A stretch of DNA of 62,230 nucleotides, counting the filler, from Choristocarpus tenellus KU-1152 (lineage: Eukaryota; Protista; Phaeophyceae): NCBI GenBank assembly GCA_964200185.2. It is 7 parts of 7 records of this genome, joined end to end, with 100 filler letters (N's around TTAATTAATTAA, not from the genome) between each part and the next. Parts side by side here need not be neighbours in the genome. Positions count along the whole stretch, not along the records: positions 1 to 24,113 come from CAXNAD020000224.1; 6 more parts are not named here. One strand, given 5' to 3'. Positions 1 to 15,100 of the stretch are shown here, piece after piece. The notes beneath the pieces are model-generated. The model worked only from the letters and a program-made list of their open reading frames with translations, was not told where the DNA came from and ran no database searches. Each line of letters opens with the position of its first letter. Position 1 is the first letter of the stretch. The position numbers were made by a program, and so were the translations under genes.

Positions 1-13
1 GTGAGGGGGGGGT

Positions 14-62
<49 letters not shown>

Positions 63-522
63 GGGGGGAATCGAAATGTACTACTATTCAACCCTTCTTT
101 TTCTCCTATTCTTGGAATTTCTGTGTTATATATGGTGTAGGATAGAATGAGGTTATGTGTTACCAGACATTCAGGTGTAGGAACGCTGACCAAGAAATAT
201 TTTTGATGTTCTCCACCCATGATGCAGAAAGAGTGTTGCAGCGACTAAAACTTGTCTTCAACGGAAATAATTATCACATGTGCACAGGCCTGTGGTGCAT
301 GTTACTGTGCTCTACGTAGATGCATGACTTTTCCTTATCCTTGTCCACTATTAAGATTCTGCCAGGCCCATTAATCTTGTCCACATTCCTTACCCATTCC
401 TTCATTTCATGAAATAGGCTACAGTTACTTAGTAAGGTGCACTACACCCAACGAGGTGCTGCAATAAATCTCATTCATATCTCTTCCATTACTTCCCTTT
501 GCATTGCTGGTTTCGAAACAAG

Positions 523-944
523 GAGCTGATGCTTGCTGCTACAGCTTATGGATTATCCTCCTGCCCTATGGAGGGTTTTGATATGAGGCGTTTGCGCAAG
601 GCATTAAAGCTTCCTTTGAGATACTCAGTGCCAGTGGTGGTCAGCCTTGGGTACCCAGCTGAGGGACATCCACCAACAAAATCTCTCAGGTGCTATGTCA
701 GAAGAAATGCACACAATATTGTAAAAACTTCTCTGAAAAAACCTTCAAGAAGGTGGTGAATGTACTTGATTCTTGTTAGAAAGTGAACAGAATGGTGTTC
801 TTTATCAAGAAGTGTGGGTACTGACACACTGCATCATACTGCAGGTTCTCCAATCGTGACCTCTTCCACCTCAACTATTTTGGCATGCCCATGGAGGGCA
901 TCCCTACACTTACACAGGACTTTGCATCAGCAGATGAACAGTGA
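523..944 (+). CDS. Nitroreductase-family protein, last two exons (523-689, 845-944); 5' part outside the window
   Basis: ELMLAATAYGLSSCPMEGFD...LRYSVPVVVSLGYP matches the nitroreductase C-terminal motif (LMLAAxAxGLxSCPMEGFD...LGYP). A GT-AG intron leads in frame to FSNRDLFHLNYFG...DEQ*. Confidence 0.88.
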
Positions 945-1027
945 TGGAAGGACATATCTCAACAAGAGTTCCAAGGCATGAGGCACAGATCCTATCAACA
1001 TTTAATAAAATTAAAAATAATCCACCC

Positions 1028-4000
1028 TCAGAGAACACCAAGGTGCACTCTTTCATTACCCACATCATTACCCCCTGTGCCTTGCATACCATAGTTATGA
1101 TGTCGGCCATGCGTCCCTTGTGACAACCGGAATTGTGCAAGCTCTTCAGCTTCATTTCCCCCTTCAAATGTCTCTTTGCTTTCCCCCATGTTTCCATCCC
1201 CCCAGTCTTGATGATTTCCCTCTGGTTCTCCAGCCTTCCGCATAAGGTACAACATGGCAACACAAGGAATCACGTGTGGTGCCCACTCAAGCTGCATCTC
1301 CTGTTGCCACCTGAAAAATGAACCAATAGGCCAACAGCATTATACTATGGCTGAGACAAGATTTCTTTTGAAAGAGTGAGGGTCAACATATCGTGTTCAA
1401 CATCATAAGTTGCCTTCTCTGTTTCTCATCACCCTCACTTTTCCCATCCACTGCTTGGTTGTGCATTGACGTCACCCTCGCTCTCAACCTGCACAAGGGT
1501 GGCCACCATGAATGCTCTCAAAGTGAAACACACAAAGCACGCCAGCATCACCTGTTGAAGGGGCCATACAAGAAGTACAACTGTAGTGGACTGTTGCAAA
1601 CAAAAGTCAAGAATTTTGGTGCTAAATACTTCAGACCACATGAAAGATTAGGAGCTGCTACTTTGCAGCCTGGCTCCCACCCTCTCACCACGTTGAGGCG
1701 GACCACTCTAGCTGTTAGACGAGGGGAGCAACTCCCTGTTAGTAGGACCGTGCAGATGCGTCGTTGCAATATGCAGCCCAGGACAAGGAAACATACGCCC
1801 AGCATCAGCAGAGCACCAATGCTGCAATCAAAATAAGAGGGAAAAGAGTGGACAGGAAAAAAGTAAGGGGGTACGGAATACATATCCCAAGTTGAGACAA
1901 ACTACAGTTCTATGATATATTCCAGGGAAGAAGAGGCAGAGTAAAAGATGGAGCAAAATGCACTTCCTTTGCTTCCCATGCATCCTATGACCATCAGATC
2001 TGGCAGTTTTATATGGTCCATCAAATGAACAAACCATATTGCATACCTGGTCTACAGTGGTTCTAACTGTATATCAATGTGTTGATAGGAAAAGTTGCAA
2101 ACCAACTTTGTAACAAATAGTGCAGTGGCTGCTAATGGAATGTTTGCACACAATGCTAAAGTGTATCACTTTATGGTTGCTTCTTGGTAGATCAGTATGA
2201 AAGATATCATAAATTTAATGTGTTCTCAAAATGGCTTTGCACAGTCTTGCACTTTACATTATTCCAATTTAAGTGTAAAATGTCAGTGACTAAATATCAT
2301 CCTTCCTCCATCATAACCATCAATCACTTCATATGTTTTGATATTTGAATTCTCCCTTACTTCAAATTGCTAATATCCAAATGACTTATCATTAAAGTAC
2401 TCTATGATTTGAAGTCAGATAAAGCAATGAGATATGTTTTGAATCATAAATTGATCTGTGTTTTACTGATGATATCTCCAGGCTTATCACAAACGAAATC
2501 GTGAAGTAGGTTGCAAAAACTCTCTAATGATGGAAAAAAGATATTATTGACTGGTTGTGAAAGGGGTTTCCACATCAACAAAGTTAACATAGACAAAGCA
2601 GATTTTCTGATCTAGAATCACCATCTGACAGTTAAATAGTATGTACCATAAAATACAGTGAGGCATTCTTCTCCAATATTAAAATGCACAAATATGACTG
2701 TTCATAGAATGCAGTCTATTCCACACTGTGCATCCCAACATGAAACAAACTTTAGCAGATACCTGTATGCACAGAAGACAAAGAATGCAAAAGAGGAGAA
2801 GAAGTTTATGTCCTCAGTGGTTCCTCCCACCCCCATACACACCCCCACAGCCAGTCCAGTGACCAGCACGTAGCAGAGGCACAGTACAAGCATTGCCCTG
2901 CGAGAGAGATAATGCAAAAGGGGGTGTAGTTGGGAAATCGGAAAACTTCGCTCAAATTGCTCACATTTTTGGAACCCTATTCCCTCAATTGTTTTGGACG
3001 ATGTTTTCAATCTCCAAAAATTTCGGTATCCTATGTTGGGTAAGCACTGACTGATATGGTGGCACAATTTTTCACTCTCGGTCAGAGAATTGTGGAATTA
3101 CATCACAAGATATTCTTTGCTGGCCAAAATTGCTACTCTATCGGAAGCTGTTATCTATCAAGAAGAACTCCAGCAAAGCAGCGAGTCCATACAGTAACGC
3201 AGCTACAACTGTTACACCAATAAAGTATGACACCATTAGAACCCGCACCCAACTTTCAATATACCGGGGCCTGTAATTCCTGTGGGGCAACCTGGACATA
3301 TATGGTAAAACCCAATACAGTCAGACAAGGTAACACAATTGGAGGAAGGGAAGTCGATATTTTGGTGCTCGCGCCTTGTGTGATAATGATTTCAGGTGCC
3401 AGGAGACCACGATTCCTTAGGTAGAGAGTCCTGTACCCTGAATGTAAGGCGGTATCAAGCTTAACTAACCAGATAAATATAGTTGTGCGCACCTGTTGAC
3501 GAGGGCAGTCCACACATTGGGTTCAAAAACTGCGACATTGCTCCATAAGGTAACGATTATACAGAAGGCAGAGAAAAGGAGGAGGTAACTCAAAAGATGA
3601 AGTGTGTACAGAGGTCGTCCAAGTCCGTCAGAGCCGCCTTCCACATCCGTACCATAGTGGTAAGCATAGACAGGAATCTGATATCCAAGGCAGCAATAGA
3701 AAGGAGAGTGACGCCTAGCATGAGGAGGAGCGAGCAGAATGTTACGACGGTCCACCCTTGACACATCGTTGAGAGGGGCTCCACAATGAATCGAAATATT
3801 TGTGGGCTAAACATAATCGCATTGTCCATCTCCCATAACTTACCTCTAATGCTAGGCATAGGAAGACGAGGATATGGAAGAGCATGGCCTGGGGTAATAT
3901 CCTTGAAACGTATTGGCCATCACGACCATCACCATTTCCTGGTCCTGGGGATGAAACATCTGCATAAGCGTATTTTCCAAAAGAGAACGGCTCCCTGAAT

Positions 4001-4185
4001 ACCCTACGTAATCCACCCGCCCTAGATAGATGCGCCGCAACAGCGAAGAGGCGACCCAGCGCGATCAATGACACCAAGCAACATGAGGTTAGCCCAGCAA
4101 GGACAAGATCCTTCTGGTACATCTTTCCGACAACGGTGTGGAAGAGGCAGGCGGCGAGCGCCGTCCAACTCAGCAGGCTATTCAC
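1028..4185 (-). CDS. Multi-exon multi-pass membrane protein, possibly THH1/TOM1/TOM3 (DUF1084)-like; exact start uncertain
   Basis: A series of hydrophobic minus-strand segments with splice-like boundaries: LPQAMLFHILVFLCL, LYTLHLLSYLLLFSAFCIIVTLWSNV, ALLMLGVCFLVLGCILQRR, MLACFVCFTLRAFM, VIPCVAMLYLMRK, followed by a hydrophilic tail. The family call is by resemblance only. Confidence 0.55.
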
Positions 4186-4778
4186 AAAGACTATGCCAGA
4201 TCCTGTTGATGTGCTTATCCTCTATTTCTGACAGAGTACTGTGCAATTGGACTCTCTGTCTTGGCTTCGTCCAACGACATTTCAACGTATGACGGACAAG
4301 GAGTAGCGTATATAGAGGGAGGTATTTTATACGGAGTGCTTGACAATAGAAAAATAAATATAGTTTGGGGTGTAGGGAATGGGTGGAGAAATTTAAAAAA
4401 CTTGTCGGTTATGTTTTATCCTTCAAACAACACAAATTGTATACAAGACGTGATTTGAATCAAACAGGTACAAAGGCTGGAGAAGAGCCACGTTGGGTAA
4501 GTCTCCAAATATAACTTTCACGTGTTTTAATCATTCACGAATTCCTCCTGTAGTGGTTTTGTGTTCAAGGTAAGTTCCAAAAACAAAATAGGGATAGCGT
4601 AACATATAGCACTCTAATCGCTGTATTGCACATTGACGAAGAGATGCCGAGGGTATGCGAGGAAATTCTTCTGAGAGAGAAGGGTGTTGGCTAGGTTCAA
4701 ATCAATGTTTCATTACGATGTTGCATGATACTGCTTGCTCTATAGGGTGGCAGTCGTTGCTCACTTGCTTACGTAACA

Positions 4779-5978
4779 GGTCCACCCCCTTACGCTGAGG
4801 AACTTGGAGAGAGCACATTCGTGGTGGCAGTTACCCGTGTTTTAAAGGAGGCAATGGAGGAGAACTCAAAGATAGCCATTCTATTTGCATTATTGGTGAG
4901 TGCGCTGTGAGAGATAACGTGTTTATTTCAGTTTGCTTTAGAACGCATGGCTTTTGTTTTGGTGACCGTCGTGAGGGAAGGACTCCTCTACCCCCAAAAC
5001 AAAGCAAGATCTCAACTCCCACTTTTCCTTCTTCGGAATACTTCCACTTCACACTGTCGGGCTATGTCCACAAGTGCTTGGGATGTATTATGGATCACAT
5101 GATAAACTGCAAACAAAGTTAGGCATGCCTGTAGTGATGGCATGGCTCACACTACAATGATACGTTTTCTACACAGAAAGGGATCATATATCGTCGTGTT
5201 TTCAATCTGGATGAGTATCTCCTGTCTCATGCAGACGCCAGATCCCCTCTGAAGGAGCTTCAATTTTACGGGCACATGAATTGCGACTATCCATTGAAGC
5301 GACCTTGAAATTACTACATATGGTACCACAGGTGTCTTTTCTGTGTTGTTGGCTGATCCTGGGGCTGTCCAAGTTTATGAGAAGATCCTCCATTGGCCCA
5401 CCTAAACGATACTGTGAGCCAATGTTTGTCCAATGCTGTTTGAACATATCCCAGTTTACTGTTGTCCCCTACATGGTTTGGGCACTTATGTTTTCACAAT
5501 CTTCACTTACAAGAGACTTGTTCGGTTATGTCGTTTGTATTGTAGTTCTTTTTTACTTTACCTTTCTATGGTTTCCATTCACTTTTTCCTACTCCTATAC
5601 CTGTTGATGCTAAGCAGATGCCAATGATCCAGTAACGCTTTTAATTTTTTCTTTGTTTGTTGAACACCTCCTGGGTCTTGTTGGTGGTGGGAGTTCAGCA
5701 GCACAAGTGGGCACGCCACAAAAGGTTTCAGCGTCCAAGCTTGGCATGGAGAGTAAGTGGTGCTTATTTGGAAGTATTGTTGGCACTTACAAATCATTCC
5801 TCACAAATTGGCTTCATTGTGGAGGAGTTAAGCCCACGATCAATGCAACATGCATTCTCTTCTTAGTAATCACCCCATGAATTTTGTAATTACTCCTTGT
5901 TCCAGGCACACCTATTGGGAGACGGTCAACCCGGAAGAGCAGACCCCCTCAGAAGTTGGACCCCTCGTCGAGGTGGTA
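4779..5978 (+). CDS. Possible small spliced gene of unknown function
   Basis: Exon-like open segments with AG/GT ends: GPPPYAEELGESTFVVAVTRVLKEAMEENSKIAILFALL (~4779-4895), RQIPSEGASILRAHELRLSIEATLKLLHMVPQ (~5235-5330) and GTPIGRRSTRKSRPPQKLDPSSRW* (~5905-5978). I could not reconcile the intron phases. Confidence 0.3.
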
Positions 5979-6163
5979 ACAGCATATTTGGGGTATAAAA
6001 GGACAAAAGTTCTGAAATGCAAATCCTGATCCTGGAGTCACAAAATCTCAAACTAAAGGATATGTTTGTTTCATCACATGTGAATGTTACTAGCTGAGGG
6101 TGTTAAGATATTTCCCTCGCATTACCTTCCCAATGCAATGCATGGTTGACTTTGGAATGGTGA

Positions 6164-9100
6164 TTACTGCCTCCACACTGAGGAGCACTTCACCAGGTTG
6201 TATGCCTCTTGAGACATAATCACCTTTTGGATTCTGGGAACATGGTCAAGATGGCAGTGCCTGATGCAAAGGTTACCTGTCAGTTATTGAAAATATTACG
6301 CCTCCCACTGAGGATGTCTGATTGGGGATGTGACTGTGAACATCAGAACAAGAACAGTCCCCACAATTTATCTGATAATGATCTCATCTGTTCATAAGAT
6401 TGAAAATGCTCTGTAAAATATCCAATTTTCCATTTGGAGAATGAACATTATACTCTAGCACAAAGTTGAATGGACACGAATTCCCCACAATTCACTTGCA
6501 TGTTGTCCACAATTACATTTGACCAGGGGTGTGACTTCTCTAGTTAAAAATTCTAGATAAAAAGTTTGTGACATCTATTTTGTGAATCGATGTCAATATT
6601 TTGCCTCCTTGCCACACGTGCTGACTTGTGACACTTGAGCATGTTTGAAACTTCAAACTTTACCTTCGCTGTCATCCAGTTCTGGCGGTGGTCCCTCTGG
6701 GCTCTTGGGCACAAACTGTAGAGTAGAGATGGAAACAGAGAATATACCGAGATCGTTGCTCCCCTTGAAAAAGGCAGGTGTTACCTCAGTTGTGTATGTG
6801 GACAAATCATGCTAAAAAATACAAGAACTCACCTCATCATAAGGGCTTTGGTGCCAACCAGGTGGAGGGTGGTCTGGTGTGTGAGGGCGGAATTTCGGAG
6901 GTGGCCCTTGCCAGCTAGGAGGGGTTCCCTCTGGTGATGCACATATTTCTTGCCCTGGCGGATCACCCTCAGGGCTTGGGGGGTGATCATACAAGACTGT
7001 TCCAGTACAACCTATGTCAGGACAACAGAAATAGGGATCAAGGAAGCAACTAAAGTCAAAGCGTGGCAGTATTTAGGCAGTATTTATCTTACCAGCACCA
7101 CCTGTTCCCTACTTTTTGTTTGTGAAAATATAAAACTGCTTTCCAAAATAAATGACTAATGAGTGGTAAGACAAGATACCAGGATACATAGGGTGGATTA
7201 CAAATGGAAGGTGAAGACAAGTATTGCAACATCAAGAAACACACAGGAAAAGAAAGTTATGTGACCAAAGTGACAACATATTCAATGTGCCAAACATAAG
7301 TATAAATTGTATAAATTAAATTGACTGGAAAGCTTACCTGATTCTAATTGAACTGAGGAGGACTGCAGGGCAAGAAGACCCAATAACTGGTGAGGTGCCC
7401 CCACATTAATTAAGTTATCATTTGTGTGCTCTTCTCCCCTACCAGCCACACTATCAAGAACCTTGTGGTGGCTGAGAGACTGCCCACTCTGTTGCCTATG
7501 TCTTGAAAAATAGTATTGACTTTAAATCACCAAATTTGACCTCAGTTTTGAAAAAGTCACTGTTATGAATACAAATCAAAACACTCTAAGAAGTACCAGG
7601 TACCAACCCTTGCCTAGTCTATCAATAACCTCAAAAATCTTCTACTCACTCATAGGTTCGACCTGGGCCATAGCAGACTCTGCTGCTTTGTGGTAATTAT
7701 CATCCCACCCTTCATCTTTCTTGTTTGTACTTTCCACATGAAAGAGGTCATACTCTATAGATGAGTCAACTTCTTACTTGTATGGTGCAGATAATCACCC
7801 CAACATCCTAAAGTATCCTGGCACAATCATGGTTCATAAAAGAGTAGTTTTTAGAAGTATCAGGTCAATTGTGACTTGGAATTTCTCAAATTGTACCTGC
7901 AGTGAATTTTCTTCATAGTGACAAGCAGTACCTAAAGCAGTTGGTGCTGTTGAACTACTTACAGCACATAAAACTCAGAGCATTTTGGGTGAACTGAGCA
8001 GCCTCTTTCTGGACCCTGAGAAAAGTACTGTTTTTATATGCACGCTATAGCTGAACAAGATATAGGAGGGACAAAAAAAGAGATCGAAACTCTACACTAC
8101 TTGAATATTGTACAGACTTCTTACACTGTACTAGACCTGTTACCCTTAAATTTCTCTCTGAAGTAGTAAAGAGTTGAATTTGATGTTCATGTAGTAGTAG
8201 AAAGTTATAGTACCGAGGACAAAACAACTGTAGGTAATGTTTGAGAGTCAGCAATGTTTTATTATTACAGAATAAGGTACAATTGTTGTTGACACCATAA
8301 TTTACAGGGCTCTTGTGTACCCCTACAAGACTCTCTTTCTAGTTGGTGAGGGGCCCCACATAAGGGCAGGTCCCTAAAAGTTGTTAATGATTATAAGCTG
8401 CAATTATTCTCAGGCTACATGTGGTGATTAATATCATGGTTTTATCTGATTTTCAACTTGGCATCAGAAAGCATGCACTACATGTGGGTATGATGGTTGC
8501 TGTATCCACGTTCTAAAAAATTGGGGTTTCAGATTCTTGTGGTGTATAATTTATATATAATAAAAAAGAAACAACACAAGAAAGCTGACTGTTTAAAATG
8601 ATGATTTGTCAGATATGATAACCATTATGCCCAAAATGCCAAATAAAAAATCACAGTATGAACTAGCCACTTAGAAGCTGAGAACTTTTTCAAGATTTGC
8701 TATTCTCTAATAGTGGGTTCTAAAGTTCCAGACAATTGCTTCCTATGATTTCATAGGAATATTAATTTTATAGAGCACCCTGGGTGCTTTAGATGGAATT
8801 ATTTTATCTTAGGCCATCCAGGTTTGAGGCTGACGATTTTCTACAACAAAGGACACTTTAATGTTATCAGCTCCAGAGTGCAGCATTCAATACTTCATGG
8901 TTTATATTTCAACCTGAAAACTAGGTAAACTGACTGTTGTGTACTGTGGTCAGGTCGATACAGCTCACTCAGTCATTGGCTGGAAGTTTTCAGTTCACAG
9001 TTGTACACCATTGTGATTTGGCACTAATCAAATTAATCAACTCCCTTCAAGTGTGAAAAAAGGTCAACCTATCTCATCACATTCGCCACCATGGATATCG

Positions 9101-12100
9101 ACACTCATCCAACAACAGCACTCGAGCCCACGATATGTGACTAATTTATACAGTGTGATGCCTTTCATCAAAGAACAGAAATGTTCTTGATACACCTTTA
9201 ATAAACAGACTGGAAATAGCTATGCATCTGATAATCCAGCATGCTGAAGTACCAGGCAAGCATCGCTGTTTTATGCAGTAGAGGGGGAGCTACTTTAAAC
9301 TACATTAAAAAATAGTTCTGATAATTTTTTTGAAGCACAGTAAAAACACACTAGTCAAGTAGTGAAGCCTATTTTATTTCCAAGGTAGTGATACTTTCTT
9401 GCAAATAGCCAAACTTCCACAAAAAAATTACCATACACATTGCTGCAAAATGAGAAGACTGTAAGTGAAAGAAGAAATGAAAGGGAACACTTGACAGCTA
9501 GAAAATATCCGAGATACTTTTGCTGAAATATAAACTTCTTGAGGAAATAGGGTCAAAGGTGTATGGGACTGTCAAAAATACCTGAGATTTCACACATGGT
9601 TTTGGTTGAGGTGATTGAGTTGTTAACTTTACAGCCGCCTGCTTTTGAAAAGTGTATCACTGGGGGAAATTGAGAGCAGTGTTGGGAATCTTCAAGCAGA
9701 TCAGATAATGGGAGGTACACCATGGTACAAATATACAACAGAAGAGAGCAAGCTTTCCAGCCTCAGGATCTCCCAACTTGAATCACATATCACATATCCA
9801 ATGAACCAACATTTCACCCAACCAACAGCACATTGGTTTGAAGCTCTTGATGAGAACAATAAACCCATGGTCTATAATCCACTGGTAGACATGTTGTGAC
9901 TATATGTTCGTGACATATACTACTCTGCTCTTCTGTCAACTGGTGAAACATGATAACAGTTACAAACTCAAATATCATTGTGGCTAAATTGAAAACCTTG
10001 GATTGGTGATCATTACATCAACCTGTAATCAAGTCAGAACAGTGATGTCTTGGTTGTACATTCTATTCTCGAGTATGTATGTCCCAATTGGTGCCAAATG
10101 CAATGATTCTCGGAGCGGTACTTTTACTACAATAAGGTAATAACAATAAATATCTATTATATCTCTGTCATACCAACCCTCCTCACTTCTACCTACTTGG
10201 AGTATTTGTATTGTATGGTTATACTGTCCTACTTCCTTCCTCTGAACATATTTAAATAAAGATATAAAAATAAACTACTTACTGTACTTCATCAAAGTGG
10301 TTTTACCTCTAGAATATGAAAAATATCACAAAACGTCATATTGTGTGACATAGGGCACAATAATGACCACAGTTACTCCCGGTATGCATTTGGTTTAGGG
10401 GTCCCTATAGTTCTGTGTGTAAAAAGTGAAAGGAAGGTTATAAATAGCACTCCATCTTACATCTCACTGTAAAAAGGAAGCCGTTGAGCAATTTAAAATA
10501 CTTCGCTCTGCTCTATAATATGTACGTACTGGTTGTACTATTTGATACAAAAACATCTGACTGCAGGATCCCGCTATTTGAGCTAGCTCACCCCTCAGAA
10601 TATCTTTACTCCTCCAAATGTTAACAACAATAAAGAAAAAATACTGTCAAGTGACCTCATTCTTCTTCAGTCAATCACCATTGTCAGATGTTGCACATTT
10701 CATCATCCTGTACCAGGGTATTGCCAGTGATGTTTTTGCCATGAAGTCATCTTGCAAGCATTCCCATGCTACAAAAAATAGTCATGGATAAGAGGGACGT
10801 GATACCAGTACACCTCCAGGTTGTGTGGAACCCCTTGAGCTTTTTAAACACTCACTGGCAAACCATATCTTATCAGTTCAAAAGAGTGCAATGCTTCCAA
10901 AAGACACTTCACAAATGTTTGCTGAGGATGCTCACACAAAATCGATACTCCCTGTTAGTCTAATATCAGACAGAGTAGGATGGATTATATCAGATAGTCT
11001 TACAAGCGCCATTATAATAGTTTTCAACAACTTAGACCAAGAGTAACAGTGCTTGATCAGCTTTTCAAAGCCTCATCGTTGAATTAGGGAAGCAGGTATC
11101 CTTGGTTAATTATGTCAAATGACTAAAGTCAACTGCTGCATATCAGGCACTAATTTTTACCATCAAAACATGAGGGAAACCCTTAAAACTCACCTTCCAT
11201 TCCTTTCTCAGATGTTTTACGGAAGATGAGGGCCATATACATTCCTGACAGACAATTAAAGAGGGTTTGCAGAGAGAGCATCAAAGGTAATGGAGTCATG
11301 ACCAACTTGTAGAGCACACACGAGAACATTGATTGGAACACACATGAGAGCAGGCTGACAAAGCAAACAAGGCAACTCTTGACTAACCAGGTACTCAACC
11401 TGCAATGCGCCACTCTGTTGCATTCATGGTTCCTTCTGGGTTGAAGACATGCATATCAACCAGGAGCTTCTTGGAGTGGGCATGTTGAACCCTGCTTAAC
11501 AAATCCAAGAGCCGAACATTAAAATGGTGATTCAGACACATCCACACACATCTCTTTGCAGAAATAGGTAGGTCTGTCTGCACGGAGAATCCACATCTTC
11601 AAGCAAACATGCCTACTGAGGCACATCAATGGTATGTTCTTTAACATAAGTGACTTGAACCATTACCAACAGGCAACATGTTGGGAAAGTAGTTGATGCA
11701 GTTGTCTCATTGAATGATGTCATCACAAGAGAAACTGGTAACTACTCTAAGGTTGAACTCACTCATTGGTGTAAAATTCATGAAAGTTCTGTGCTGTCTC
11801 CAGTTCCAAGTTGTTTTCTGCTGCCAGGACCTGAGGGATAATTGAGGGCAATTGTACAATTGGATTGAATAGGGACTCTCCAGCACCTGCATGGCCTGTA
11901 TACAGTATCCTTGAGCAAAATTCTTTTGTTTGCTTCAGAGCAAAGATATACAACTGTCCCATCAGCATAAGTTGTTTCTGTGATCTCGGTAGTTAATACT
12001 TTCCATACAACAAGGAAAACCCAGCTTGACAATACAATTCAAGATAGTATCATGCGACTGCAGGTTCACAAAAACTAGGGTGTTGGTCAACACAAAATCT

Positions 12101-15100
12101 TTCAAAAACTGCTTGATGTTGAAAAGCACAAACAATCCAACACATTGAGCAGCAAAATAAAGTGCCTAACCTGAAAAAAAAAACAGGATTCGGTGCAGAA
12201 AAACATGAATGTAAACCCACATCCCGGTAAAATCCATTTTCCTCAAGTTAGATCAATTGCAAACAGCACTTCAGTATACCTCAAACCTTGTCACACTTGA
12301 ACTGAATCACTTCCACAATGCTACTTGCACCAATATGGGCAGCTAACAAGAAACATGAGATGAGTTCACCTTCAACACCTCAAGTGGCAGCATCCATTCA
12401 GGCACATCATCCACAGCATTCTTATTAAGCTCTGTCTCTCGCAGAGCAAAGGTGTACTCCAGTCCAAATGGTCCTCGGCGGTCACTGTCAAAACAGTCTT
12501 GCCGTACGTATGATTCCCGTGACTCTGCAAACTTAAGGTACAGTCAAGAGGTACAAAGGTACAGGTTCTGTTACAGAAAGATTCCTTACTGGCTACTGGA
12601 ATTTCTTTTTGAAGAGAAGGAATATATATAAATCTTGGTTGACTTGCATCTCTCATGGAATACATTGAGGTGAATACCAGGTGAGTCTATTTACTAAGGT
12701 TACAAATTCTCAGCAAAGGTTCTTTGGATAAATAAACTCAATGCAATTGTGTTCTCCCCTTGCCAGTTGATGTGCCAGCTCAAACCTTGGAGAATCATCA
12801 AATATTCTCTGTACTCATCAATGCACACATGCATACCCAGTCGAATGGAAAGAAACCCCCCATGCTTTCAGTACAAAATAGTAGATTTTGACCCAGACAT
12901 GTTCATCACATCATCGACAAAAGTGCACAGCGCTCAATGTTCTAAACTCAATGCTCTACTGAAAGTTTTGGGCTTCCATCATCGGTATGGGTTTGTAAAC
13001 CAGTGCATATATATAGATAACATATAGTGTGTATATATTTAGGTACCTGCCATCGCGTCAACAGTGTGAGGAAACTTCATTAATATAGTTGACAAAATAA
13101 TTTCCCATACATTCATCACTGAGATGGGCCCCCCAGGATTTGACACTTTGAGAAACTTCAGTATAAACCTTGCAAGGTATGTCCACACATTGATGAACAG
13201 AATGCCAACTCAAGGGGTTGAAACTCATCACCTCTCCAACCATGGTCACATATGCTAACCTTGTTTCACTGTCAAATTTTTTGAGGTACTCTTGAGAGAC
13301 ATTGAACATGGGAGAACATAGCACAGGTATCAGAGGACAAGCTTGGGTGCTATGAGAGAGCACCTCACACCTTTCCAAGAGAAAGCTCACCTATACCCAG
13401 AAGCATTCATTGAGACTTTCATGGGCAATGCAGGCATGTCAAAAACAGGTACATATTTTATCACATATCCTATGCAGTCCTCAAGTCAAACCAATAATGG
13501 GATTGAAATGATTGCACACATAGTGCTTTTAACAACCATACCGCAATATGAAGAAGATTCTCATCCCTCTCATCATTAATATCCAGTGTCAGCGCATTCC
13601 TTCCTTGGATTGGGTCCTGACGTGCAAGTCCAGAGTCACAAAGAGGTTCATTAATTAAGGGCCTTCTCCTCTTTCTCATCCACAAACTCCATATGTAAAG
13701 TCCATACTATCAATGAACCAATCAACCAATGATCTATGGCGAATGGGACAAAGGACAGTATGTACAGCCTCGATACACTGAGTTTCTTTATTGACCGCCA
13801 GAGATGCATGGTCATCACATCTATGAGCTCACGACACGAACAATACATGATGGGCAGGGTCTACATTTAATACTGAAAAAAGTTCCAATGGCTTGCATGG
13901 TGTTAACATGAAGATGAAGATTTGGATATGCGACACTTACCCAGGTATCTTCAGCATGGCCCATGAGGAGCTGTACCAGCACACGTGAGTCCATTGTTGT
14001 GGCAACAAAAATTCCATTGTGTCGCAAACGCCGGGAAACTTGGTGAAGGAAATGCCTCATACGCTCTTCAGTTTGTGCCATATAGTGTAGTGCAAACTGC
14101 ATTGATACCACATCAAAGATATCCTCTGCCACGAGATGGTTATGGGGTTAATTGAGTTGGAGTGGGGAGAGGTGGGGGGGAAAGTCAAAATATAATGCGT
14201 GAGTCCAATTCAAAACATAGCAGAACATATCTTCTCGCAGGCCTAGCTGGAACACCAGTGAGCTAAACATCCTCAACATTTTAGAGGGGGTCACAGGACA
14301 TGTTTGGTGTTGTATCCAAGGCTCATCACTATAAAGACTAAACGTATATTTGACAGCAAATGACTGTACTGTCTGATTTTGATGACAGCAATTACTACTC
14401 TAATGTACTTTGGAAGTGCTAGAATTTATGGCCCTATACCATCCAAAAAATTCAATGGAAATTGCAACCATACTGTACTGTCAAATCACAGGACTTACAT
14501 ATATGTACCACACCGTATCATATGGAGAGATTAATAAATTGTATGAAATACTTGTCAGTAGTAATATTAAGTGTATATATGCAGTACAGTACTAAGCTAG
14601 GTCTTAATGGGACCCTTATCAGAAATAGTTGTCATGAGACAATTATGGTCCCAAGCCCATAATGGGATTTTCTAGTTAGTGGTCATACCATTTTAAACAA
14701 AACTTGATGTCCACCAGCAATAAGCACTTGCCAATTACAGGAGATAGCTGTTGTGCTAACAAAAAAAAATGTCAGAGCCAATCAATAGCCCATAACTCTG
14801 TTTGACCAACCATGGAATAATAATTATATAAACACTATTATCAGGGATAGGGGAGACGGTAGGCAAGCCATTCACAAGCCAGTAGGTAAACTCAGACTTT
14901 GTAGTATTCATAGGTGGTATATGTATTTAAGTGGTCAAGGCTAAAAGAAGTCACTTGGACACTTTCTATTAGCAAAAAAAGGAGTCCTTCTCACCTGTTT
15001 TATTGACTAATCAGAACGCTCAAGGTATGTAAATAATTTTAACCTTCCAATTGGGTACTTTCTATAATTATCCCTGTTAAGAAGGGGACTGATCAGTGTA

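Noticed and set aside
11860-11910. Walker-A-like YTGHAGAGES suggesting a viral D5/SF3 helicase
   Set aside because: It lacks the catalytic Lys and lies in the intron just before the RNMT exon VLAAENNLELETAQNFHEFY. The neighbouring ORFs are RNMT exons.
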